The notes: generated by a model not told the origin, from the letters alone. Shown: positions 39,568 through 49,922, numbered from the stretch's first letter. The stretch is 64,000 bases of DNA from Deltaproteobacteria bacterium (GCA_013151235.1 JAADIO010000033.1:1-64000), one strand, 5' to 3'. Made by a program: numbers and translations.

Positions 39568-41315
39568 CACTTAGAGAAATAAGTGTGGAGATATCTGTAT
39601 AGTGTGGACCTTGAAATGCCCAACATGGCGGCGGCCTGTTTTTTGTTTCCTCCCGTACTCACCAGTGCGTCTCTTACCGTTTCCAGGGTGAGGGCAAGAG
39701 GTTTTCTTCCTCGCTGCCTGTCGGATGGGTGACCGATTTGGATTGTACGGCTTTTGGCCCTCAAGAGGCTTGCTGGAAGATGTTCCGGAGAAATCACTTT
39801 TGATTTGCACCGAATCAGGGCATGCTGTATAGTATTTTGGAGTTCTCTTACGTTCCCCGGCCAGTCATAGTCTCTGAGTATTGCCATTGCATCTAAGCCG
39901 AGAATGACCTCTTCCGGTTTACTCCCTCTTGATTGGAGTGACTCTTTCAGACAATGCGTGGCAAGCAGGGGAATGTCTCCTTTACGATCTCTAAGTGGCG
40001 GTACATATATCGGCAATACGCAAATCCTGTAATAAAGGTCTTCTCTGAACTCTCCTTGATTTACTGCCTTGTCCAGATCTTTATTGGTTGCAGCAATAAT
40101 TCTCACATCCGTACGGACGGTTTTTTCACCACCAACACGCTCGAAATGGCCGTTCTGTAGTACTCTGAGAAGTTTCACCTGCATAGGAAGTGGCAGGTCC
40201 CCTATCTCGTCAAGAAAGAGTGTTCCACCATCAGCAAGCTCGAAACGCCCTTTTTTCTCCCTGACCGCTCCTGTAAACGCTCCTTTCACATGTCCAAAGA
40301 GTTCGCTTTCAATGAGTTGCTCTGGAATGGCGCCACAATTCACAGGAACAAACATACGATCTTTCCTGGAACTTAGATGGTGTATGAGTGATGCAACAAG
40401 CTCTTTTCCTGTTCCTGATTCCCCAAGAATCAGCACAGGAACATTGCTTTCTGCAACATCCTCTATGAGAGCAAAGAGATCCTGCATCAGAGGATCTCTG
40501 CCAACAATGCCATGGAAGGTGGTCGTTGTTTCCAAAAACTTTCTAAGACTCAGTTCCTCTGTAATGTCTCTGAAGGCTGCTACTACACCAATGGGGTTTG
40601 AGTCTTGCCCTTCTATGGGGAAAATGTTCATGGTAATCGTACGTTCTTGACCATCTTCGGAGATCAGAGAAACTGAATACTCTTTCGATTGCTCTTGAAT
40701 TTCCATATTCCCAAGTTTGCAAAACGAGCAATTCTCTCCACAGAATTTTCCTGGAAAAACTTCATGACAGTCCTTTCCAAGGACCTCTTCTCTGCGATAA
40801 CCGGTCATGCGTTCAGCTGCTTTGTTAAAGAGAAAGAGCCGCCTTTTCAGATCATGGGCAAGAATGCCTTCATGAAGACTCTCAAGAACAAGATCTCCCT
40901 CTCTTTTGTGGGTAACAAGTGTATCTAAGTAGCCATGTGATAAGAGTTCTTCCGTCCGGATGATGATTTTCTCCCATTCCTTTTGTCCATTCTGCCCAGA
41001 ACCGCAAAATGGCCAGATGAGCATGGGAGGATTTCCGGGAAGCCTTGCACATAAATCTTGTCCATATGGACCACAAAGGCATACCACAAGATCAAAGAGG
41101 TGAAACTCTATTTCATCGAGAGGGGTTAAAGAGGGAACCTGTCCAAGTGAATGTTGCACAAAAAAAGCCATGAGCTTTTCCGGAGCTTTAATGGACTGAT
41201 CGGAAGCTGCAATTGCAACCAAAGACTCTTTCAGCATCACCGTGGCTTTCGCTGCGGCAACCAAAGATGCTTCCGGAGTATTGTTGCTTGAAAAAAGAAC
41301 TTTGACTTTTTTCAT
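39567..41315 (-). CDS. sigma54-dependent activator: degenerate ArsC/LMW-PTP-like domain + PAS (C-X8-C-X3-C) + AAA+ + Fis HTH
   Basis: GESGTGKE, GAFTGA, LFLDEIGD, WPGNVREL, LGISRSTLYR; PAS CHEVFPGKFCGENCSFC. Confidence 0.93.
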   Translation of the reverse strand: MKKVKVLFSSNNTPEASLVAAAKATVMLKESLVAIAASDQSIKAPEKLMAFFVQHSLGQVPSLTPLDEIEFHLFDLVVCLCGPYGQDLCARLPGNPPMLIWPFCGSGQNGQKEWEKIIIRTEELLSHGYLDTLVTHKREGDLVLESLHEGILAHDLKRRLFLFNKAAERMTGYRREEVLGKDCHEVFPGKFCGENCSFCKLGNMEIQEQSKEYSVSLISEDGQERTITMNIFPIEGQDSNPIGVVAAFRDITEELSLRKFLETTTTFHGIVGRDPLMQDLFALIEDVAESNVPVLILGESGTGKELVASLIHHLSSRKDRMFVPVNCGAIPEQLIESELFGHVKGAFTGAVREKKGRFELADGGTLFLDEIGDLPLPMQVKLLRVLQNGHFERVGGEKTVRTDVRIIAATNKDLDKAVNQGEFREDLYYRICVLPIYVPPLRDRKGDIPLLATHCLKESLQSRGSKPEEVILGLDAMAILRDYDWPGNVRELQNTIQHALIRCKSKVISPEHLPASLLRAKSRTIQIGHPSDRQRGRKPLALTLETVRDALVSTGGNKKQAAAMLGISRSTLYRYLHTYFSK

Positions 41316-41461
41316 GACTTAAAAAATCCAAGGCCAGCCACATTTATTTGTCTATCAGGGCTGAACTTTATGGTCTCCTTTCAGAGGACGGCAGCCTGTC
41401 TGTATGGAACGTCCGGACAGATCCTTCCGGTGCGTCACAATATTTGAACACCTCAAAATGT

Positions 41462-41540
41462 ATGAAGTCGTAAAAAGTCTAAGATTATCTTCCAAAGAGA
41501 ATCCCGCTTGCGGGATAAACAAGCTTCTTACGAAGTCATC
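41462..41540. repeat. Short MITE/REP-like element with inverted ends
   Basis: ATGAAGTCGTAAAAAGTCT ... AAGCTTCTTACGAAGTCATC ends and inner hairpin ATCCCGC-tt-GCGGGAT. Confidence 0.65.
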
Positions 41541-41565
41541 AACTTTGGCTAAATGAATTGTTGCC

Positions 41566-41712
41566 TTATTGGTCCTCATCCTCATCAAACATTCGATGCT
41601 TCGCTCTCTCCGTATCTTCATACTGGCCGCTTTTGACCGTCCAGAGAAAGAAGAGCCATACGCCGATCCCGACGCAGAGGCTGAGAAATACAAGGAGAAG
41701 AATGCTCCACAT
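41566..41712 (-). CDS. ccoS: cbb3 oxidase maturation protein CcoS (48 aa, not in ORF track)
   Basis: MWSILLLVFLSLCVGIGVWLFFLWTVKSGQYEDTERAKHRMFDEDEDQ; matches the W.VKSGQ(Y/F)xD motif; directly after ccoI. Confidence 0.92.
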   Translation of the reverse strand: MWSILLLVFLSLCVGIGVWLFFLWTVKSGQYEDTERAKHRMFDEDEDQ

Positions 41713-41714
41713 GA

Positions 41715-44114
41715 TTATTGCTCCTTCAGCCGGAGAGAGTTTCCGGCTACACAGAGAGAACTGACCACCATGGCCAAGGCCGAAAGAATCGGATGGAGCA
41801 GACCGGCCACAGCAACAGGGAGGGCTGCAAGGTTATAGAAAAAAGCCCAGAAGAGGTTCTGGCGAATCACGGCGAGGGTTTTCTTTGCAAGGCGGAAGGC
41901 TTCGGGGAGAAGTGTAAGATCACTTCGCATGAGGATCAGATCGGCCGTATCGAGGGCGATATCGGTACCGTCCCCCATGGCAATCCCCACGTCGGCCGTG
42001 GCAAGTGCCGGTGCGTCGTTAATCCCATCCCCCACCATGGCAACCTTTTGCCCCTTACTCTGGAGCCACCTGATGCGCTCCGCTTTATCGACAGGTGAGA
42101 GACAGGCCCGGACCTTTTCGATTCCGGCTCCGGCCGCCACTGCTTGAGCGGTTCCTGCTTCATCACCCGTCACCATCTCCAGATCAAAACCGGCACGAAG
42201 AAGCGTTTGCACCACGCTCTTCGATTCCTCCCGCAGTGGGTCGTGGATTGAGACCGCACCTTTGACCTTTCCTTCTTCGCCAAGATAGATGACGGTCGCT
42301 CCCGCCTCAACTTCCTCCATAACTTTAGTGCTCCAAGTACCGTTAAATAGGACACCTTCGCCCTCCAGAAAAGAACGACTTCCCAAGAGGAAGAATATGC
42401 CTTCTACTTCACCCGCAACCCCCATCCCCGGAAAGGCCCGGAAGTGCCGTACAGCCACCGGGCTATGCTTTTCTCCATGGAAGGCCCGTGCAAGGGAATG
42501 TTCCGATGAAGACTCCAGCAACCGGGCGATCCGTATCACATCTTCTGGATTCCGTCCATACCCTTCGACGTGACCGAGGGATGGTCGGCCCGCCGTTAAC
42601 GTCCCGGTTTTATCGAATAGCACTGTGTCGACCTTCTGGAGCCGCTCCAAGACGTCGCCTCCCTTGATTAGAATTCCCTTACCCGACGCCGTCATCGTCC
42701 CCATGAGAAGAGCAAGGGGGGTGGCAAGTCCCAAGGCACAGGGGCAGGCGACCACAAGTACCGATATGCCGTTCATCAGCGCAACAGAAAGGGGTGTTCC
42801 CATAAAGAGTCGGAACATACAGGTGAAAATGCTGAGAGAAAAGACGGCCGGGACGAAGATCCCAACCACCCGGTCGGCCATCCGCTGGACCGGGGCTCGG
42901 CGAAGCTGAGCTCCTTCAACGATCCCGATAATTTGCCCTAATAGAGTTCGTTCGCCCCGGCGTAGAACGGAAAAACGAATTGTCCCGTTTCCGTTCCGGG
43001 TCCCGCAGAAGACATCTGTCCCGGTCTTCTTGAATACCGGAAGGGCTTCTCCCGTCAACATCGACTCGTCCACCCCGGACTGTCCGGCAATAACCCTTCC
43101 ATCAAAAGGGAACTTTTCCCCAGGGCGGACCTCCACAATCTCTCCCTCCTCGACCGACGCAGTGGCCACTTGCTCCACTTTCCCCTCTTTTGTTACTCGC
43201 CGGGCCATTTTGGGAGAAAGAGAAAGGAGGCGGGTCATCGCTTCGGAGGCACGCCGCTTCGCCCCGGCCTCGATAAACCGCCCCAGCAGGATAAGAGTGA
43301 TGATCATGGCTGCTGTATCAAAATAGACTTCGCCCCCTTGGGGGATCTGGAATAGACTATAGAAGAAGGCCGTACCAGACCCCATGGCCACGAGGACATC
43401 CATGTTCCATGCCCCACGGAAAAACCCCCGCACGGCCCCCTGAAAAATCGGTCCTCCAGAATAGAAGAGTACCGGCGCTGCAAGAAGTGCCGCAATCATG
43501 GAAAAGAGCATCTTGAAGCTCGGATCTATTCCCTGGAAGTAACCGGCATAGAGGGCGGTGCTATACATGAACAACTGCATGGAGAAGAAGAAAGCCGTTC
43601 CTAAACGGATTAGATCCTCTCTGGCGTGCTCCCTCTCCTCGGAGAGGCGGTCGGCAGACAGATTGGGACGGGGCCGGTAACCGAGAGCCCGGATCTTCTC
43701 CAAAATTTCGGTAAGTTTAACCCGTTCCGGATCCCATTGAATTCTGGCATGATGAGAAACATAATTGATCTCGGCGGAAAGGACTCCGGGTGTCTTCGAG
43801 AGGATACGTTCATTGAGCCAAACACAGGAAGCACAGCGGATCCCTTCGATGGCGAGATCAATGACGTTTTCTTCACCAACATGGCGGACATTCTCCTCGA
43901 GAAGGGAGAGTTCCAGCGGATCCGCAGACGGAGGACCGGGCAGCCATCCCCGCCGGTTCGAGTAAAAATCATCCAGTCCCTCGGAGTGGATCAACCGATA
44001 GATGCCAAGACAGCCGTGACAGCAAAAGACCTTCCGCTCGCCATCGAAAACCTCGAAGAGGGCGTCCTTCTCCGCAACGGGGAGAAGGCAGTGATCACAT
44101 GCACGGAGAGACAT
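41715..44114 (-). CDS. ccoI: P1B-type copper ATPase for cbb3 assembly
   Basis: [37 protein letters not shown]. Confidence 0.93.
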   Translation of the reverse strand: MSLRACDHCLLPVAEKDALFEVFDGERKVFCCHGCLGIYRLIHSEGLDDFYSNRRGWLPGPPSADPLELSLLEENVRHVGEENVIDLAIEGIRCASCVWLNERILSKTPGVLSAEINYVSHHARIQWDPERVKLTEILEKIRALGYRPRPNLSADRLSEEREHAREDLIRLGTAFFFSMQLFMYSTALYAGYFQGIDPSFKMLFSMIAALLAAPVLFYSGGPIFQGAVRGFFRGAWNMDVLVAMGSGTAFFYSLFQIPQGGEVYFDTAAMIITLILLGRFIEAGAKRRASEAMTRLLSLSPKMARRVTKEGKVEQVATASVEEGEIVEVRPGEKFPFDGRVIAGQSGVDESMLTGEALPVFKKTGTDVFCGTRNGNGTIRFSVLRRGERTLLGQIIGIVEGAQLRRAPVQRMADRVVGIFVPAVFSLSIFTCMFRLFMGTPLSVALMNGISVLVVACPCALGLATPLALLMGTMTASGKGILIKGGDVLERLQKVDTVLFDKTGTLTAGRPSLGHVEGYGRNPEDVIRIARLLESSSEHSLARAFHGEKHSPVAVRHFRAFPGMGVAGEVEGIFFLLGSRSFLEGEGVLFNGTWSTKVMEEVEAGATVIYLGEEGKVKGAVSIHDPLREESKSVVQTLLRAGFDLEMVTGDEAGTAQAVAAGAGIEKVRACLSPVDKAERIRWLQSKGQKVAMVGDGINDAPALATADVGIAMGDGTDIALDTADLILMRSDLTLLPEAFRLAKKTLAVIRQNLFWAFFYNLAALPVAVAGLLHPILSALAMVVSSLCVAGNSLRLKEQ

Positions 44115-44772
44115 GGAACCCCCGCCAGAGAAAAAGGATCCCCATGAGGATCACCATCACGCCGCCAGCCCGGTAGGCCCATCCACGGAGACGCTGTCCG
44201 ACATGTCCCACCAGCACTCCGAATACGAGAAGGGAGGGAAGAGTCCCGGCACCGAAGGCGAACATGATAAAGGCACCGGAGACCGGATTTCCCGTGGCCG
44301 CCGCCGCCATGAACATCGAATAGGAAAGTCCGCAGGGGAGAAGCCCAAAGAGTGCTCCCAAAAAGAAGAAGCGAAGAAGGAAAGATCTCGTTGCAGTCTT
44401 CCCAGCGGCTGCGAGAATATATTGATTCTTCTTTTCAAACCACCGATAGAGCCCGGAACCGCGGAGGATTCCGACTCCCATAAAGAGAACGAACAACCCG
44501 GCGAAAAGGTCGACAGCATTCTGGAGACCGGTCAGTTTCCCCGCCACGTTCAGGAAGGAGCCGGTGAGTCCCATGAGGGCACCAACCCCGGCATAGGTCG
44601 CAAGCCTTCCCCCATGATAGAGAAGCTGCGGGATGAATCCTCCGGATCCTGTGCCCCCCCCCTCCTCTCGGCGGAAGGCAAAGGCACCCACCAAGGGACC
44701 GCACATTCCGATACAGTGGCCGAAACCACCCAGCAATCCGGTGCTCAGCGCCAGAAGATACCCTGTGTTCAT
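44095..44772 (-). CDS. DsbD_2/TauE-like membrane protein of cco clusters
   Basis: [28 protein letters not shown]. Confidence 0.88.
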   Translation of the reverse strand: MNTGYLLALSTGLLGGFGHCIGMCGPLVGAFAFRREEGGGTGSGGFIPQLLYHGGRLATYAGVGALMGLTGSFLNVAGKLTGLQNAVDLFAGLFVLFMGVGILRGSGLYRWFEKKNQYILAAAGKTATRSFLLRFFFLGALFGLLPCGLSYSMFMAAAATGNPVSGAFIMFAFGAGTLPSLLVFGVLVGHVGQRLRGWAYRAGGVMVILMGILFLWRGFHVSPCM

Positions 44773-45614
44773 GAGGCCGCCTCGAAAAAAAAGCAGACCG
44801 ACTCTTCCCGCTCACCGATCCGGATCCCGATCTTGGCACCCCATTTCTTTTTACCCATTATACATCGCGGGAGAACCCCCTCCCCTACATAGAGACCTGT
44901 CCCTACCTTTTTCAGAGAAGGACGGTTCGGTCCCATGAACATGCCTGGCATGAAGAGGGAAAGAGTCACTCCCTCCACTCTGGAGAGCTGCTCGTTACCG
45001 AGCAGCCGGATCGTAAAACGGAGGGGTTTCATCATCACCGGCGGTGCGGGCTCCACATCGAGCTGGACCTTGATTCCTCCCGTACCGGCAATCCCCACGC
45101 AGAGGTGATCAAAAAAGTTGCAGGAGATATCTTCCACCCGTCCGTCCTCCTGTTTCGGCTCTCCGTTTTCCCGTGCAAAAATTTCATGCGAAAGAGTCTG
45201 CTTTCCCTGCGGTGTTTCAATGGTGGCCCCGACAATCCAGTGACCCGGCAGTGGCAGATCGAGATTGGCCACGATCCCCCCCCCGGCCGGGTTCCTCTCG
45301 AAAGGAAGGTTCCTGTCATAGCGGGATGTCGCCGGGCGGCTCAGGTGAAGCATGATCACGGCACTGCTGTGATCCACCCCCTGACGGTCCTTGACGGAGA
45401 GGAGTGCCCGGTTCTTCCCCGTATCGAACCGACTTCCATCCACCATCAGCCGCCACCCCAGGGATCGAGCGGCCATGCGGTCGGCATCCCAACGGATTCC
45501 ATCGGCATAGGGTGAATCCGTCACCGTTCCGTCAAAGCTCCTGATTCCAACAACGATGGATACGGAAACTGAGGTCAGAACAAGAATTGTAACAAAAACA
45601 AGGAGTATCTTCAT
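44769..45614 (-). CDS. ccoH: FixH/CcoH-like protein with two YtkA-like domains
   Basis: N-terminal TM, FDGTVTDSPY..G..WD, LPLPGHW, MPGMFMG; follows ccoG. Confidence 0.7.
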   Translation of the reverse strand: MKILLVFVTILVLTSVSVSIVVGIRSFDGTVTDSPYADGIRWDADRMAARSLGWRLMVDGSRFDTGKNRALLSVKDRQGVDHSSAVIMLHLSRPATSRYDRNLPFERNPAGGGIVANLDLPLPGHWIVGATIETPQGKQTLSHEIFARENGEPKQEDGRVEDISCNFFDHLCVGIAGTGGIKVQLDVEPAPPVMMKPLRFTIRLLGNEQLSRVEGVTLSLFMPGMFMGPNRPSLKKVGTGLYVGEGVLPRCIMGKKKWGAKIGIRIGEREESVCFFFEAAS

Positions 45615-46813
45615 GGTGCCTCCGCCTTCCGGAAAGGGACCCCCTTTTCAATTCGGATAGAAAAGGGATCCGACTGCAGGACAAGATGAACGGAAAAACC
45701 GGCATGGTAACCGGCGATCGAAAGGAAAAGGGGAATCCGCAAAGTTCCTCGTTCGGGTACGGATATCGGTCCGGCAGGTTTCAACCGGACGGACCTCCCC
45801 TCGGCCAAGACCTTGATTTTGAGCGGAACCGACCTCCGTAGCCGATTCCGGATGGTCAGGTCAAATGCATTTACCGTCCAACCAGTCGCCGTTCGGCGGG
45901 GAGGAAACCCACTCTTCGCCATCAGGGTCACTTCGAGGGGAGGGCGGTTCAAGATCATAAAAAGGACCAGAATCAGAAAAAAACACGTGAGAACTCCAAG
46001 GGGCAGGACATTCGGCCGGAAGGGGTGCATCCTTCCTCCCGATTCCCCGAAACGATATTCCACGAGGGAAGGCGCTCCCTTCAGCTCCATCCGGCCGGCA
46101 CAGGCATCAACACACTCCGAACACTGAATACAGCCCCGGCTTCCCCCCTCTCGGATATCGATCCCCACAGGACAGGCGGCCACACAGGCACTGCACCGAC
46201 CGCACTCCTCCTGTCGTTCTTTATCATAGACAATCCTGAGTGTCCGGGAATCGCAAATCGTATTCTGGATCATCGAATATGGACAAACTGTGGCACAGAA
46301 ACGCTGCCGCAAGAAAAGGAGATCGCAGAAAACAAGGAGGGCCAACCCAGCCCAGATGCCGCCTGTCACCGGCCCTAAGTTCCCAGACACAAGACGGGCG
46401 GAAAACTCCTCCGGCGTCATAAAATACCAGATCAGGTCAGCCGCAACAAGGAGGCTTAAAAACACAACAATAATGATACCCGATACCCTGAAGATTAGCC
46501 GTCGGCCAGACGTAGGGGTGAGAAAGCGGGTTGCCTTCAGGAGGACCGTCTGGGGACAGGCCCATCCGCACCAAATCCGTCCGAAAAGAAGAGTCAGCAA
46601 AAGGAACAGCAGGATCAGGAAAATCAGCACCACCAGGACGATAAAGAACTCATCCATCCAGATTGTCCTGCCAAAGAAATAGAGCCGTAGACGGGGGAGG
46701 TCGAAACGCAAGGCACTCTCGCCGCCCACCTTCAGAAATGGAAGCCCCAGGAGGATGACCGGCTGGGCAAGAAGAACCCACCGTCTCAGCGTCTGAAATC
46801 GCTTATTCCTCAT
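45611..46813 (-). CDS. ccoG: CcoG/FixG 4Fe-4S membrane protein
   Basis: GRIWCGWACPQT, FCATVCPY, CGRCSACVAACPVGIDIR, CIQCSECVDAC. Confidence 0.93.
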   Translation of the reverse strand: MRNKRFQTLRRWVLLAQPVILLGLPFLKVGGESALRFDLPRLRLYFFGRTIWMDEFFIVLVVLIFLILLFLLLTLLFGRIWCGWACPQTVLLKATRFLTPTSGRRLIFRVSGIIIVVFLSLLVAADLIWYFMTPEEFSARLVSGNLGPVTGGIWAGLALLVFCDLLFLRQRFCATVCPYSMIQNTICDSRTLRIVYDKERQEECGRCSACVAACPVGIDIREGGSRGCIQCSECVDACAGRMELKGAPSLVEYRFGESGGRMHPFRPNVLPLGVLTCFFLILVLFMILNRPPLEVTLMAKSGFPPRRTATGWTVNAFDLTIRNRLRRSVPLKIKVLAEGRSVRLKPAGPISVPERGTLRIPLFLSIAGYHAGFSVHLVLQSDPFSIRIEKGVPFRKAEAP

Positions 46814-46931
46814 CGTCCAGCATCTTGTATTTGGGTGCCTCAACTTTCCTGTGCCGTCCCCGTGAGTAGTAATAAAGTACGATTACTCCGTAGAGAATGA
46901 CCAGAAAAAAACCATACCAGAAATAGGCCAT
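46803..46931 (-). CDS. ccoQ: cbb3 oxidase small subunit CcoQ (42 aa, not in ORF track)
   Basis: MAYFWYGFFLVILYGVIVLYYYSRGRHRKVEAPKYKMLDDEE: one TM plus acidic tail; overlaps the ccoG start. Confidence 0.8.
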   Translation of the reverse strand: MAYFWYGFFLVILYGVIVLYYYSRGRHRKVEAPKYKMLDDEE

Positions 46932-46945
46932 CGAAAATTCACTCC

Positions 46946-47131
46946 CTACTTCTCCAGAGACTGCTCATAGGCCTTGACCTGCGTCCATCCGCTGAAGACC
47001 GGCGTATAGGATCCAACGTAATAGATTCCCCATAGAATTGTCCCGATGTAGAAGATCAGCCATCCGATCGGAAGCTTTTTCGCCGTCTTCGGGTTATCCA
47101 TGGCTTCAATGCTTTCAAATTCTTCCGTCAT
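46946..47131 (-). CDS. Stand-alone CcoP N-terminal membrane-anchor domain (no heme motif)
   Basis: IEAMDNP..LPIGWLIFYIGTILWGIYY..GWTQ..Y resembles the FixP N-terminus. Confidence 0.8.
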   Translation of the reverse strand: MTEEFESIEAMDNPKTAKKLPIGWLIFYIGTILWGIYYVGSYTPVFSGWTQVKAYEQSLEK

Positions 47132-47132
47132 A

Positions 47133-48083
47133 TCACTTCTCCTTTTGATTTTTCTCAATCGACCGGATAAAGGCGACCAGATTCCAGATCTCCTTGTTGC
47201 TCAATGTAGAGCTGAAGGAAGGCATCCCGCCCTTTGCCTTCCGTCCGGCGATCTCCTGGTTCTCCTGTGTGCCGTTTTGAATGATGCTAAAAATCGTACC
47301 GTCCGCAATATCCCCTTCCGTGGAGAGCCAGACAAGGTCCACCAGGCTTGGACCGATTTCCCCTTGTCCCTTCTCTCCGTGGCAAAAGACACACTTCGCC
47401 TCGAATTCATCTTCTCCCGCCTCAATGGCTTTGTCGTTGCCGGCATAGGGATTGACCTCCGGGATGGTCGCTGCTTCCGCCTCCCCTTCTTTTCTTGCCT
47501 GTGCCCGAATCACAGCTCCAAGCGTCTGGACATAGGAAACAAGGGCATCAAGTTCACTCTTTCCTTTAAGCGCCTTGATTTCTTCCGGGCGGTAAGGAAA
47601 TCCGAGGACATCCATATGCCTGGCGATCTCCTCCGGAGAAAGAGGGCGATCCTTCAGCCACCCGTAGACAGGCATGTCCGATTCAGGGTACATGAACCGT
47701 GGATTCTTGAAATGCCTGTAATGCCAAGCGTCCGGATATTTCCCCCCCACCCTCGCTAAATCGGGACCGGTCCGCTTCGATCCCCAAAGAAAGGGACGGT
47801 CATACGCAAATTCCCCCGCCTTGGAGTATTCCCCGTAACGCATCACTTCGGTCTTGAGCGGCCGAACAGTCTGGGTATGACAGTTAACGCACCCCTCCCG
47901 CTGGTATATATCCCGACCGGCAAGCTGGAGCGGAGTATAGGGTTTCACCCCGTCCAGGACGGGGTGCATCTCGTCCATGAACATGGGGACAAACATGGTC
48001 ACCGTAGTTCCGATCAGAATCACAATGGTGGCCAACAGAGCAAAAATAACGGGTGATCTGTAAAGTTTTCCAGTCATCTTCAC
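47133..48083 (-). CDS. ccoO: cbb3 oxidase subunit II fused to a CcoP-like cytochrome c domain
   Basis: GRDIYQREGCVNCHTQ, WGSKRTGPDL; second heme CVFCH..GPSL.D..W..GGMPSF. Confidence 0.93.
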   Translation of the reverse strand: MKMTGKLYRSPVIFALLATIVILIGTTVTMFVPMFMDEMHPVLDGVKPYTPLQLAGRDIYQREGCVNCHTQTVRPLKTEVMRYGEYSKAGEFAYDRPFLWGSKRTGPDLARVGGKYPDAWHYRHFKNPRFMYPESDMPVYGWLKDRPLSPEEIARHMDVLGFPYRPEEIKALKGKSELDALVSYVQTLGAVIRAQARKEGEAEAATIPEVNPYAGNDKAIEAGEDEFEAKCVFCHGEKGQGEIGPSLVDLVWLSTEGDIADGTIFSIIQNGTQENQEIAGRKAKGGMPSFSSTLSNKEIWNLVAFIRSIEKNQKEK

Positions 48084-48088
48084 CTCCC

Positions 48089-49495
48089 CTATGCTGCCGC
48101 CACCGGAACATTTTTAGCCCGGCGGACAGTCATGAAAATATTATAGAGAAAAAAGAACATGCCCAAGGTAAAGATAATTCCTCCGACGGTTCGCATCTCC
48201 CAGTAGGGATAGTTTCGGGCCAGCGTCTCCACGAAGGTGTACTGGAGGTTTCCTTCGGGAGTCGTTGCCTTCCAGAGCGCGCCCTGCTGTATTCCGGTGA
48301 TCCACATGGTTATGGAAAAGATCAATTGCCCCACGAGAACCAGCCAGAAGTGGATGTTCGCGATCCCTTCGCTGTAGATCTCGGTATTATAGATCTTGGG
48401 AAGGACATAGTAGATCGAGGCCACAGCGGTCAGGGTTACCCATCCCATGGTTCCCATGTGGACATGACCGGGAACCCAGTCGGTAAAGTGGACGAGGGAA
48501 CTCACCACGCGGATTGCTTGGGTCGGTCCCTGGATCGTCTGGAGTCCGTAGAATGTGATGGCCAAGATAAAGAACTTTGTCAGGTAGTTTGTCCGCATCT
48601 TCGACCAGTCGGCCCCTACAGTGTAGTAACCGTTCACCACTGATCCCCAAGAGGGAGCAATGAGAAAGATCGAAAAAGCAATGGCCACGGTCTGGAGCCA
48701 ATCGGGAACAGGCGTATAGACAAGATGATGCGCACCGGTCCAGACATAGGCGAAGATGAGTGACCAGAAGGCAATGATTGACAGCCGGTGGCTGAAGATT
48801 GGGATGCCCGTCGATTTGGGGAGAAAATAGTAGAACATGGCCAGAAAAGGAGTGGTGAAGAGAAAACCGACGGCATTGTGGCCGTACCACCATTCGACAT
48901 TGGCATCGTTCATCCCGGCAAAGAGGGAATAAGATTTAAACCATCCAGCGGGGACAGCCAGATTGTTGACAATATAGAGGATGGCGATGGCGACAACCGT
49001 GGCGATAATATACCAGAGGGAGACGTACATCTGCTTTTCCTTGCGTTTGATGATGGTTCCAAAAATATTGATGGCCAGCATCACCCAGAGAATCACCACC
49101 CCGATATCAAGAGGCCACTCCAACTCGGCGTATTCCTTGGACTGGGTCATCCCCAGGAGAAGCGTCACCAGAGCAAGGGCAATCGCTGCATTAAAAAGAT
49201 AGAGCTGGAAACGGGCCAGCCTAGGAAAGAGGAGCGGCCGTCTCGTCAGACGCATGGTGATATAATAGAAGAGAGCAAAGATCACCCCCACACCCAAGCC
49301 GAAAGCCATGATGTTGGTATGAACAGTCCGAATCCGGCCATAGGTAAAAAGTGGCGGGACATTGAAGGCTGGATGCCAGAGCTGAATCGAGATCCAGAGA
49401 CCGAAGACGATCCCCACGACCCCCCAGAAGATCGAGGAATAGATAAACCCCGCAACTGTCTGGTGGTCATAATCATAGGTGTCGGAAAAAGCCAT
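48089..49495 (-). CDS. ccoN: cbb3-type cytochrome c oxidase subunit I
   Basis: YGRIRTVHTN, KEYAELEW, WWYGHNAVGF, YVWTGAHHL, GHVH. Confidence 0.97.
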   Translation of the reverse strand: MAFSDTYDYDHQTVAGFIYSSIFWGVVGIVFGLWISIQLWHPAFNVPPLFTYGRIRTVHTNIMAFGLGVGVIFALFYYITMRLTRRPLLFPRLARFQLYLFNAAIALALVTLLLGMTQSKEYAELEWPLDIGVVILWVMLAINIFGTIIKRKEKQMYVSLWYIIATVVAIAILYIVNNLAVPAGWFKSYSLFAGMNDANVEWWYGHNAVGFLFTTPFLAMFYYFLPKSTGIPIFSHRLSIIAFWSLIFAYVWTGAHHLVYTPVPDWLQTVAIAFSIFLIAPSWGSVVNGYYTVGADWSKMRTNYLTKFFILAITFYGLQTIQGPTQAIRVVSSLVHFTDWVPGHVHMGTMGWVTLTAVASIYYVLPKIYNTEIYSEGIANIHFWLVLVGQLIFSITMWITGIQQGALWKATTPEGNLQYTFVETLARNYPYWEMRTVGGIIFTLGMFFFLYNIFMTVRRAKNVPVAAA

Positions 49496-49679
49496 GATTT
49501 CCCTCCTCTTGAATGTAATGAAATTCCCCTGTCAAGTACAGGGCCTCTAAAGTGGTGCCGGGTAAGCCCCGGTTCACTCTCCAACGGGTTTACTAAAAAG
49601 ATTTACCAACGCTCGCTTTTGTTGTTTTCGGGTTTGTTGTAAATTGTTCAGCAATATTAATCAGTTGAGAGAGGGGTCC

Positions 49680-49855
49680 ATGTTCTACTCCAAAGACCAC
49701 AAAACCAGCTACTTATTCGATCCTTTCGAGTTCCTGAGGGAAGCAAAGACGCAAGTTGCTTACACAATCCTGGACACATCTCTTCCGGGAGGAGATCCTT
49801 CCCGATCTATCCGTAGAGAAACTTGCTCCTTATATCTTGACCAAAAAGGTGTGAA
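49680..49855 (+). mobile_element. Frameshifted, truncated transposase N-terminal remnant (IS5/ISNCY-like; family uncertain)
   Basis: MFYSKDHKTSYLFDPFEFL, then after a frameshift GKQRRKLLTQSWTHLFREEILPDLSVEKLAPY and a stop. Confidence 0.65.
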
Positions 49856-49922
49856 CCTCCAAACAACTTCTGTTGCCTGATACGCCATGGAGTATCAGGC
49901 CAAGCTTTGAAGTAAAAAACAA

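Noticed and set aside
48089-49495. ccoN as a nitric oxide reductase (NorB)
   Set aside because: cbb3 signatures (WWYGHN, helix-VII Tyr) and ccoO/G/H/I/S context indicate an O2 reductase
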